Positions 1 through 8,549 of a stretch of 64,000 bases of DNA are shown here, piece after piece. The stretch is taken from the NCBI GenBank assembly GCA_964608425.1, contig CAZSNN010000001.1, forward strand, positions 1,073 through 65,072, given 5' to 3'. The position numbers and the translations under genes are program-made. Within the stretch, counting starts at the first letter, position 1, and the number at the start of each line of letters is the position of its first letter. The stretch is from an uncultured Gammaproteobacteria bacterium (GTDB lineage Bacteria; Patescibacteriota; Patescibacteriia; Patescibacteriales; UBA12465). The notes beneath the pieces are model-generated. The model did no database searches. It saw only the letters and a program-made list of their open reading frames with translations, and had not been told where the DNA came from.

Positions 1-27
1 GTCGGACCTATTTTATATCAATTTATT

Positions 28-855
28 TTATTGAGCTTCTTTTTTCTTGTGTCTATTAATATCAACCTCTACCACTACACCATTTTCTCCTTGCTTTTCT
101 CCTTTAAAAAACACATCAACCGATTGTTTTAAAACATGATGACCCACCACTTCTCCACGACGCCCATCAACATTAACCTTAGTTCCGATTGGTGGTAATT
201 TTTTAGACAAATCAACATATCCCTCATATTCATAAGAAAGACAACACATTAATTTTCCACACATTCCGGATACTCGATCACTTCCTCGATGAACAACTTG
301 TTGAGCCTCAGCCATCTCTGAAGTAATTGAAGAAAAATCTTTAATATGACGCTGACAACATAATCCCCTCCCACAATGACTAAGATCACCCATCACTCGA
401 GCTTCATCACGACTACCAATTTGAGTTAAGCGAATTATACCCTTAAAATATGAAGACAATTCTTTAACCAAATTTCTAAAATCAACTCGATTGTCAGAGT
501 AAAAGGCAAAATTAATTCTATTTTTATCTAAAGAAAAATGAACATCAATTAATTTCATCGGCAAATCATATTTTTTAATAACTTGTCGGCAATAATCTAG
601 AGCTGATTCTTTTTCATCTTCAGAAATCATTTTATCTAAATCATTTTCTTCGGCTAAGCGTATAATCGGCTTAATATCATTTTTTTCTTCATTAGTAATT
701 TCAGAAATATCCTTGAAATCAAAAATCCTACCAATTTCCTGACCAAATTCAGTTTCTACAATAACATAATCTCCAACCTTTAAACTATTTAAGTCAGTGA
801 AACTAAAATTATATTTTTTATCCCAAGAAGCAAATTGTACTTGTGCTATTTTCAT
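28..855 (-). CDS. yaaT: PSP1-domain protein, RicT/YaaT-like (stage 0 sporulation protein YaaT homologue)
   Basis: The 275-aa ORF aligns by eye along its length to B. subtilis YaaT: KLIDVHFSLDKNRINFAFYSDNRVDFRNLVKELSSYFKGIIRLTQIGSRDEA, then the Cys clusters CGRGLCC and CGKLMCC. Confidence 0.6.
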   Translation of the reverse strand: MKIAQVQFASWDKKYNFSFTDLNSLKVGDYVIVETEFGQEIGRIFDFKDISEITNEEKNDIKPIIRLAEENDLDKMISEDEKESALDYCRQVIKKYDLPMKLIDVHFSLDKNRINFAFYSDNRVDFRNLVKELSSYFKGIIRLTQIGSRDEARVMGDLSHCGRGLCCQRHIKDFSSITSEMAEAQQVVHRGSDRVSGMCGKLMCCLSYEYEGYVDLSKKLPPIGTKVNVDGRRGEVVGHHVLKQSVDVFFKGEKQGENGVVVEVDINRHKKKEAQ

Positions 856-865
856 GGTTTAAAAA

Positions 866-1660
866 TTATAGAGAATATCTAACGAATTTTATAATATTAG
901 CTCCCTCTAAAATATCTCTGATTTTCTTTTTATCATCCTTGATATATTCTTGATCAACCAAGCAAACCTCAGAATAATATTTTTTAACCTTACCTTGCAT
1001 AATATTATCAATCATATTTTCTGGCTTACCCTCTTTTAATAATTGTTCACGATAAATGTCTTTTTCTTTATCTAACTCTTCAGTTGGAACCTCTGATTCT
1101 TCTAAATAGCGAGGATTAGCAGCGGCAATATGCATAGCAACATCACCAGCCAAATCTTCCTTACCTGATTGATCTAGGGCCACCAAAACTCCAATTTTAC
1201 CACCTAAGTGAGAATAAGCTGAAACTGTTTGGCCAGTAACAATAGCTACTCTGCCTAAAGCAATTTTTTCTCCAATAACTCCGCTTAAAGTATTAATTTG
1301 GTCTTCTACAGTAGCTCCATCTAATTCCATTTTAGCCAATTCTTCAGCATTATTTGGTTTATTGGTTTTAACCACTCCCATTATTTTCTCAATCAACTCT
1401 TGAAATTTTTCATTCCTAGCCACAAAATCAGTTTCTGAATTTAATTCTACTAAATAAGCCTCAGTTTTATCAGAATTAGTCTCTACTTTTATAATTCCCT
1501 CGCCAGCTTCACGCTCACTTCTTTTAGCTGCCTTGGCAATTCCTTTTTTTCTAAGAACTTCAATAGCTTTTTCTAAATCTCCCCCAACCTCATCTAAAGC
1601 TTTTTTACAATCAACCATTCCAGCGCCAGTTCTTTCTCTTAATTCTTTTATTTTTTCCAT
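866..1660 (-). CDS. tsf: Elongation factor Ts
   Basis: N-terminal KELRERTGAGMVDCKKAL (UBA-like) signature of EF-Ts; 264 aa; immediately downstream of rpsB as in the conserved rpsB-tsf operon. Confidence 0.9.
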   Translation of the reverse strand: MEKIKELRERTGAGMVDCKKALDEVGGDLEKAIEVLRKKGIAKAAKRSEREAGEGIIKVETNSDKTEAYLVELNSETDFVARNEKFQELIEKIMGVVKTNKPNNAEELAKMELDGATVEDQINTLSGVIGEKIALGRVAIVTGQTVSAYSHLGGKIGVLVALDQSGKEDLAGDVAMHIAAANPRYLEESEVPTEELDKEKDIYREQLLKEGKPENMIDNIMQGKVKKYYSEVCLVDQEYIKDDKKKIRDILEGANIIKFVRYSL

Positions 1661-1706
1661 ATTTTTATTTTTAATTAATTATAAATTAAGACAATTATTA
1701 AACAAA

Positions 1707-2399
1707 TTAATCTAATTTAATATTTTTAGCATTGATCAGATTTTCTTTAATAGTATCCAAAATTAAATCAACAGTCTTAGTAGCATCATCATTAGCCGGA
1801 ATTGGATAAGCGGCTAAATCAGGATTAACATTAGTATCACAAACCGCAATGATTGGAATATTTTTATTTTGAGCCTCAACCACGGCAGTACTCTCTTCTT
1901 TTAAGTCCCAGATAAAAATAGCATCTGGCAATTTTGTTAAACCTACTAATCCTCCAACTCTCTCTTCTAATCTCTTAATTTCACGATCAAAGTCTAATTG
2001 CTCTTTTTTAGTATATTTGGCTAATTTTCCACTTTCACGATCATTAATTAAATCTTGATATTTTTTAATAGATTTTTTGATAATAGGGAAATTTGTCAAA
2101 AGACCTCCAATCCATTTTCCAGTAATATGAGGAACCTTAGCCTCTTCGGCCATTTTTTTCATAGAGCCCTTAACTTGTTTTTTAGTACCAACAAAAAGAA
2201 TAGTCTTATCTTCTTTGATAAGCTTAATCATATACTCTAGAGCCAATTTTAATTGCTCTTGAGCTTTTTCTAGGTTAATAATATAGATACCATTTTTCTT
2301 AGTAAAAATAAATGGTTCCATTTTTGGATGCCAACGATTAGTGCGATGACCAAAGTGCATACCAGCCTTCATCATCTCTTCTAGTTTTGGAATATTCAT
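1707..2399 (-). CDS. rpsB: 30S ribosomal protein S2
   Basis: [24 protein letters not shown]...HIINLEK motif string typical of S2; 230 aa. Confidence 0.9.
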   Translation of the reverse strand: [230 protein letters not shown]

Positions 2400-2578
2400 A
2401 TTTTTTTCTTTTACCTCGTAAAATTACGAGCCTCTGTTTGCAAAATTTATATTTGTTTTAATAATATAAACAAGAAAATTTGAGCAAACATGTTTTTTAA
2501 TTAATAAAAAGCCTAAATCTTCCATATTTAAGCTGTTTACATATTAGCTAATTTGAGAATTAAAGTCAAGCCAATGAC

Positions 2579-2625
2579 TTGACAAATATAGTTAAATATA
2601 TTTAAATAATATATAGTTATTTAAC
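2579..2625 (+). promoter_or_regulatory. Candidate promoter for the lipoprotein gene (TTGACA box in a hairpin, AT-rich -10 candidates)
   Basis: TTGACA at 2579-2584 embedded in the inverted repeat GTCAAG..CTTGAC; several TAnAAT-like hexamers 17-19 nt downstream; exact -10 uncertain. Confidence 0.3.
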
Positions 2626-2647
2626 AATTTAAAAGAAAGGATTTATC

Positions 2648-2980
2648 ATGAGAAAAATACTGACAATATTACTTGCCTCAATGATTTTTGTTAGCTGCAG
2701 TACTGCAACCTACATATTAACAGACTACGAATCTTCTGTTATAATTGAGAATAAAACTGATTATGACCTAGTTATCGTGGTTAATTCTATGGACACGCTA
2801 AGGATAAGATCGGGAGAAGGGGGAACTTTTGGAAATAAAGGAGAAAAAAGAATAAACAATTCTTTTGAAATTTATTTTACTTATAAAAAAAGAATTAGGT
2901 ATAAATATATTGAAAGAGTTTTTACTTCTAAAAATTATTATGCTGACATTTGGGTGATCAAAAATGCCGACCTGTTCTAA
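2648..2980 (+). CDS. Putative small lipoprotein (hypothetical)
   Basis: Signal peptide with lipobox-like FVSC (MRKILTILLASMIFVSCS); AAGGA Shine-Dalgarno 7 nt upstream of ATG; 110 aa; no recognisable domain. Confidence 0.4.
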   Translation: MRKILTILLASMIFVSCSTATYILTDYESSVIIENKTDYDLVIVVNSMDTLRIRSGEGGTFGNKGEKRINNSFEIYFTYKKRIRYKYIERVFTSKNYYADIWVIKNADLF

Positions 2981-2992
2981 AACATAAGTGCT

Positions 2993-3952
2993 TTAAACAA
3001 GCACTTTTTTATTTTTCAAAATACTTTCCATATCTATATAATTTTTACACAACATAATTTTACTTCTTAATTCCGAGGCTCCAGCAAAATCTTTTAAATA
3101 CCAAGCTAGATGACCTTTGAATTCATTAAAACTAATTTCCCCCCTATTTTCTTTAGTTAATTTTAAATGCCTCAGTGCTACTTTAATGGATAATTTTTTC
3201 TTATCCTCTCCAAAAATATTCTGAAAATCCCTGGAGAATATCCAAGGCTGACCCAAAGCACCTCTTCCGATACCCACTCCATCAACCCCAGTTTTATTCA
3301 TAATTTCCACTGCCTCATCAAGACTATTTACTCCTCCGTTAGCTAAAATTATTCCTGAAAAATAATCTCGACTTTTTTTAATTATCTCCAAGTCAATTGG
3401 TCCAGAAAATAATTGTTTTAAGGTTCGACCATGAATCATCAGAGCTGAAACTGGTAAGTCTGAAATATTTTTTAAAAATTTTATCAAATCAACTGAAAAA
3501 GCCTCGGTCCTAACTTTTATTGATAATGGCAACTTAGTGTTCTGCAAAACTGCTTCAATAATCTCTCGACTCAATTTTAAATCAGACATTAATTTAGATC
3601 CGGCCCCCTGTTTTAAGACCTTCCGAACAGGGCAACCGAAATTAATATCAATTCCATCGGGCTTAATCTCCTTTTCAATAATCTTAACAGCCTTAACAAA
3701 ATGATCTTTATTAGAACCAAAGATTTGAACAATATAAGGTCTTTCTTTTTTATTAAATTTTATCAATTTCAAAGTCTTGGCTGGATTATAATTAAGAGCT
3801 GAAACCGAGGCCATCTCACTATAAACCACATCAACCCCATATTCTCGACAAAGTAAACGAAAAGCCGAATCTGTAAATCCGGCTAAGGGAGCTAGGGCTA
3901 AAATTGGTTCACCCTTTTTATTTTTTTTTAATTCTTGCCAGAAATTTTTCAT
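2993..3952 (-). CDS. dus: tRNA-dihydrouridine synthase
   Basis: ALAPLAGFTDSAFRLLCREYG...YSEM and TIM-barrel FMN-binding motifs of the Dus family; 319 aa. Confidence 0.8.
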   Translation of the reverse strand: MKNFWQELKKNKKGEPILALAPLAGFTDSAFRLLCREYGVDVVYSEMASVSALNYNPAKTLKLIKFNKKERPYIVQIFGSNKDHFVKAVKIIEKEIKPDGIDINFGCPVRKVLKQGAGSKLMSDLKLSREIIEAVLQNTKLPLSIKVRTEAFSVDLIKFLKNISDLPVSALMIHGRTLKQLFSGPIDLEIIKKSRDYFSGIILANGGVNSLDEAVEIMNKTGVDGVGIGRGALGQPWIFSRDFQNIFGEDKKKLSIKVALRHLKLTKENRGEISFNEFKGHLAWYLKDFAGASELRSKIMLCKNYIDMESILKNKKVLV

Positions 3953-3956
3953 CTTC

Positions 3957-5378
3957 TTATTTTTTTATTAATTCCATTTTTCCGTCTGGCAAATCATTAA
4001 CATCATAACCAAAATTTATTAATTGTTGCCTAAGATCGTCAGACCTGGAGAAATCTTTTTCTTGACGAGCGTTTTCTCTTTCAGTAATTATTTTTTGAAC
4101 TTCATCCGAATATTCTGGCGCTAGACTTTCTTTTCTAATAGTTTCTAAAAAATCTAAACCCCAGATATTATCAAAGTCTAAAATAGTTGCCAATTTATCC
4201 TCATTACTCAAATCTGATTTTAAAATTTCAGGAATTAATGACAAAGTCTTGGGCGTGTTAAAATCATCCAATAAACATTCTAAAAATTTATCTTTAAAAT
4301 CTTTATTAATCACACCAATCTTATCTCCCAATTTCTCTATCTTATTAATTAACCCAGTCAACCCTTTTTGAGCCGCCTTTAAAGCTTCAAAAGTAAAATT
4401 TTGTCTAGATCGATAATGGGCTTGTAAATAAAAATAACGTAAAGCCATAGGAGAAAAACCCTTAGATTCAATATCATCTAGGCTATAAGCCGTTCCTTCG
4501 GACTTAGACATCTTACCATCATTTAACAATAGGTGTTCATTATGAATCCAATAATTAGCTAATTTAACCCCATTGGCTGCCTCGCTTTGAGCTATTTCAT
4601 TACTATGATGAACACTAACGTGCTCAATACCTCCCATATGAATATCAATAGTATCTCCTAAGTTTTTTTTAATCATAGCCGAACACTCTAAATGCCAACC
4701 AGGAAACCCATAACCATTTTCTACCAGAGGAGATAAAAATGGGGATGGCCAAAATTGTAAGGCATTTTTATGAGCCCCAGCCCTAAAAAACCATAAAGCA
4801 AAATCTCTGGGGTTTTTTTTCTTGGGATCACTAATATTTCCCCTTCCAGCCCCAATTTTATTTTTTTCTGGTTTGCGACCCGATAATTCATCATAGGTTT
4901 TGAATTTCTCAACTTCAAAATAAACCGCTAAATCGGTGACATAAGCATATCCCTTAACTATCAACAATTGAATAATCTCAATCATCTCGCCAATATTTTC
5001 TGTAGCCCGAGGTTTAAATTTTGGCTCTAAAATATTTATTTTTTTAGTATCGTTTTCGTAAATTTTTATAAATTTATCAGCAATTTCATCGGGTGATTTT
5101 TGTTCCTTCAATGATGTTTTCTCCATTTTATCTTCCCCCTCATCCTCGTCAGAAGTTAAATGACCAACATCAGTGTAATTTCTGACCATGGAAATATCAT
5201 AATTTAAATACTTAAAAGTTCGATGAATAATATCAGCACAACAAGCTCCTCGCAAATTACCAATATGTTGAGTCCAGTAAACGGTTGGGCCGCAATAATA
5301 AAAAGAAAGACTACCAGCCTTAATCGGCTTAAACTCTTCTTTTTTTCTATTTAAAGTATTGTATATTAAAATTTTCAT
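3957..5378 (-). CDS. cysS: Cysteinyl-tRNA synthetase
   Basis: Class I aaRS motifs: CGPTVY..HIGN (HIGH-like), KMSKS present, WPSP...GWHLECSAM zinc-site region matching CysRS; 473 aa with an acidic insertion. Confidence 0.85.
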   Translation of the reverse strand: MKILIYNTLNRKKEEFKPIKAGSLSFYYCGPTVYWTQHIGNLRGACCADIIHRTFKYLNYDISMVRNYTDVGHLTSDEDEGEDKMEKTSLKEQKSPDEIADKFIKIYENDTKKINILEPKFKPRATENIGEMIEIIQLLIVKGYAYVTDLAVYFEVEKFKTYDELSGRKPEKNKIGAGRGNISDPKKKNPRDFALWFFRAGAHKNALQFWPSPFLSPLVENGYGFPGWHLECSAMIKKNLGDTIDIHMGGIEHVSVHHSNEIAQSEAANGVKLANYWIHNEHLLLNDGKMSKSEGTAYSLDDIESKGFSPMALRYFYLQAHYRSRQNFTFEALKAAQKGLTGLINKIEKLGDKIGVINKDFKDKFLECLLDDFNTPKTLSLIPEILKSDLSNEDKLATILDFDNIWGLDFLETIRKESLAPEYSDEVQKIITERENARQEKDFSRSDDLRQQLINFGYDVNDLPDGKMELIKK

Positions 5379-5379
5379 A

Positions 5380-6498
5380 TTATTTTGATATTTTCTTCAT
5401 TAAGCTAGCATAAAATTCTAAATTATTCAAACTAGCCCACTTTTGTCCCAGTCCTTCATTAACTTTAAATAAATGCTGCAAATAAGCTAAAGAATTATTG
5501 TTTAATTCCATTAATTTAGAATGTTTATTAATCTTTTCAAAATTATTAGAAAAAATAGTCTTTTTAATATTTGTTTCTTTGTAAAAATTAATTGATTTAA
5601 TATCGTTTTGATTTTTAAATTGATAAAGCTTACCATGTCTTCCCTCTCTCGTTGGAATCACACAATCAAACATATTCCAACCCATTTTATAACAACGATA
5701 AATATCGGCTGGAGTTCCAATACCTAAGGCAAATTTAATCTTATCATCAGGAATAATTTTGGCAGTATAATCTAAAATATCAAATAAAAAATTACCCTCT
5801 TCGTCGATGGGCCGAGCCCCAAAACCATAACCAGCAAAAGAAAAACTTTCCCCCAAAAATTTTTTATCACTAATATCGAGCAAGCCATCCAAACATTTTT
5901 TTCGAAGCTCTCGACTAAGTCCACCTTGAATAACGGCTATTAATTTTGGCCTATTAGCTTCTGATAATTTTCTTTTTTTAATCTGACGAATATATTCCTG
6001 ATAACATCTCTGGGCCCATTTAATTGTTCTTTCTACTGATAAATTAATAGATTTTTCATCAAAACCATGGGGAGGGCAATCATCTAAGCAAACTATAAAA
6101 TCAGTCCCTAGGTCAAATTGGATTTGAATTGATTTTTCTGGAGTAATCTCGTGGCGAGACCCATCAATTGGTGACTTGAAAACAGCGCCATTATCATCAA
6201 TTTTACCCAAAGATTTACTCTTATGAATTAGGGAGAATATTTGAAATCCCCCACTATCAGACAATAGAGGTCTCGGCCAATTCATAAATTTATGTATGCC
6301 ACCAGCTTTCTTAATTATTTTTATCCCCGGTTGAAGATATAGATGAAAAGTGTTAACCACCAAAGCTGAAATACCCGAAGATAATAATTCTGAATTATTA
6401 CACATCTTAATAAAACCACGAGTAGCATCTGGCATAAAAAGAGGTAATTTTATATCCCCATGTGGTGTCTTTATGTTGTTTATTTTTTTTATAGACAT
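5380..6498 (-). CDS. tgt: Queuine tRNA-ribosyltransferase
   Basis: LFMPDATRG, NTFHL, LLSDSGGFQIFSL catalytic motif string of Tgt; 372 aa. Confidence 0.8.
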   Translation of the reverse strand: MSIKKINNIKTPHGDIKLPLFMPDATRGFIKMCNNSELLSSGISALVVNTFHLYLQPGIKIIKKAGGIHKFMNWPRPLLSDSGGFQIFSLIHKSKSLGKIDDNGAVFKSPIDGSRHEITPEKSIQIQFDLGTDFIVCLDDCPPHGFDEKSINLSVERTIKWAQRCYQEYIRQIKKRKLSEANRPKLIAVIQGGLSRELRKKCLDGLLDISDKKFLGESFSFAGYGFGARPIDEEGNFLFDILDYTAKIIPDDKIKFALGIGTPADIYRCYKMGWNMFDCVIPTREGRHGKLYQFKNQNDIKSINFYKETNIKKTIFSNNFEKINKHSKLMELNNNSLAYLQHLFKVNEGLGQKWASLNNLEFYASLMKKISK

Positions 6499-6506
6499 AA
6501 TTTATA

Positions 6507-8531
6507 TTATCTAACTCGTCCATCGTTACTAAAATTAGCAATGGAATCATCTTCTAACCGACTAGTTTTAGCTTCTGTTTTTTTATTAATAATTGATCCT
6601 GTCTCAATGTCGGTAGCCTCCAGAGAAGACCCGGAAGAAAGAATCATAATTTTATTATACTCAGCCTCAGTTGGAGTAATATTTACAGAAAAATTAACAT
6701 TAACTTTGTCTACGCCCAAGGGCCAACGACTCAATGTCCAAAAAACTTTATTAGTAACAGGATCAAACATAATATTACCAGCACTAACATTAAAGTTATC
6801 TTCCCAAATAACATAAGAAGGTAAAAGTAATTCTATTTTTATATCTCGAAGTTCGTGCAAAGTGTTGCTTAGATTCCAATAATATTTAAAGGATGTTTTT
6901 TCTCCAACTACCGGAGGTAAAGGGCCTGAACCTACCGGAATATTATCCTCATCGAAATAAAGAACTTTTTCCTCCAAAGCTAAATCACTATTAATTTTAT
7001 TAATAATAGTATTACTCCTATTGTCAGTTAATCTATCGCCATCATCTTCCAGCTCCTCAATATTACCAATGCTAAATTGGGCATAGCTTTTGATTTCCAA
7101 ATTTTGTCCAAAGTCTATTTTATCAAAATCAGCCACCTTAATAGAGAACTTAATTTCTCCCCCCTCTCCAGGGGCTAATTCTTTTAAGCCCGAAATTTCT
7201 TGCGAACTCCAACTAATAGTTTTGCGACTAATCTTACCACCGTTAGAGTCCTTTAGACTTGTCCAATCTAAAAAATTACTATCTAAAACAGCCATAATAA
7301 CCAAATCCTTCATGTTTTTATCGCCCTTATTAGAGTATTTAATAACATAATCAATATTATCTCCGAAGTTTATGGGAAAATCAGTAGAATTATCATTTTC
7401 CGATAAACTTAAATGTAAATCACTTTTAATCACCTCTAGATTGATTGGCTTCTCTAAGAACGTAAAATCCTTTTGATTTTCATCAATATATTTTAGCCCC
7501 CAGCTAAAGCTTTCTTGATCATTTCTCTTTTCACTAATTTTATATTTAAAATCAAGCTCCATTTTTTCAATCAAGGTATCCGTTGTTTTAGGAATTATTT
7601 TAAAACTATTATTATTTATTTTTTCAACAGTAATAATTTCAGAAAAATCTTTGTTTTCAATGTTTTTAACCGAAAAAATTTCTTCTGGGCCATTAAAATA
7701 AAAAACGAAATCTTTTATTCTTTCTAGAGGAAAGTTTTTTAAAGTGACTTTTAAAGGATATTCCTCTCCAACCAGAACCGTTGAAAAATAATCTTCTTGA
7801 AACTGAAAAGGCAAAGAACCAACCATAACGGAGTTAAAACTCTCTTTACTAAAATTAGAAGAAATTCCACTAATCTCATAACTACTCTTTACAGAAAGCA
7901 AATTATTAACCCCCTCCTTATTTATCATTTTTCCACGAATTTTTATTTTTCCACCTATCTTAGCCCCCAAACTCTCTATCAACCAATTTTTATTATCATC
8001 AGTTTTATCAATTGAATAAACCTCTAGTAAAATGAAATTATCAGGATAAACGATATTTAAATTAACATTATTTAAATTATAATTACTAGAATTTTTATAC
8101 TCTATTTCGTAATAGAACTCCTCTCCTAAAGATATTTTTTCTGGAGATATTATAGAAATATCTAAAACCGAAGAATTATTTTGACTACCTTTAAAATAAT
8201 TAAAAGCCCAAAAAGATCCCCCCACCACTAAGGCAAAAAATAAAATAAAATAAATAAAGGAAACTAAAAAACCTCTTTTCTTTTTAATTTTTATAGTCTT
8301 AAAATCTGGCAAATCACCATCATTGCTATATATCTCCATTAAATTACTCTCAATTTCACTCTCAGAAAAACGAGAATTTTTTGATAAATTTTCCGACTTT
8401 AATTCCGAAATTTTTTCTGACAATGCTTTTGGCTCACTGACTGACTCTTTTTTAATATTCTCTTTTTTTATTTCGTTATCGATTTTGTGTCTAGTAAAAA
8501 GGAAGTTGTCATTTTTAGTTTTTTTACCCAT
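6507..8531 (-). CDS. Membrane-anchored surface protein with repeated beta-rich (DUF11/CARDB-like) extracellular domains
   Basis: 674 aa; about 85-aa charged N-terminus, single TM (FLVSFIYFILFFALVVGGSFWAF), long N/S/K-rich ectodomain with repeated strand-like blocks; no sortase motif. Confidence 0.45.
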   Translation of the reverse strand: MGKKTKNDNFLFTRHKIDNEIKKENIKKESVSEPKALSEKISELKSENLSKNSRFSESEIESNLMEIYSNDGDLPDFKTIKIKKKRGFLVSFIYFILFFALVVGGSFWAFNYFKGSQNNSSVLDISIISPEKISLGEEFYYEIEYKNSSNYNLNNVNLNIVYPDNFILLEVYSIDKTDDNKNWLIESLGAKIGGKIKIRGKMINKEGVNNLLSVKSSYEISGISSNFSKESFNSVMVGSLPFQFQEDYFSTVLVGEEYPLKVTLKNFPLERIKDFVFYFNGPEEIFSVKNIENKDFSEIITVEKINNNSFKIIPKTTDTLIEKMELDFKYKISEKRNDQESFSWGLKYIDENQKDFTFLEKPINLEVIKSDLHLSLSENDNSTDFPINFGDNIDYVIKYSNKGDKNMKDLVIMAVLDSNFLDWTSLKDSNGGKISRKTISWSSQEISGLKELAPGEGGEIKFSIKVADFDKIDFGQNLEIKSYAQFSIGNIEELEDDGDRLTDNRSNTIINKINSDLALEEKVLYFDEDNIPVGSGPLPPVVGEKTSFKYYWNLSNTLHELRDIKIELLLPSYVIWEDNFNVSAGNIMFDPVTNKVFWTLSRWPLGVDKVNVNFSVNITPTEAEYNKIMILSSGSSLEATDIETGSIINKKTEAKTSRLEDDSIANFSNDGRVR

Positions 8532-8549
8532 ATATTTTAAAATTAATAA

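Noticed and set aside
2400-2647. 248-bp intergenic region scanned for tRNA/ncRNA
   Set aside because: Only a small hairpin (CTCGTAA-AA-TTACGAG) in the rpsB leader and a TTGACA-containing inverted repeat were found. There is no tRNA-like structure. The hairpin may be part of an rpsB autoregulatory leader, but this is too weak to call.
6460-6816. 118-aa plus-strand ORF, and similar antisense ORFs at 7090-7350, 7515-7727, 7797-8015 and 8323-8574
   Set aside because: All lie entirely antisense within the 674-aa and 854-aa minus-strand genes and have low-complexity composition with no start or RBS context. They are typical shadow ORFs in AT-rich DNA.
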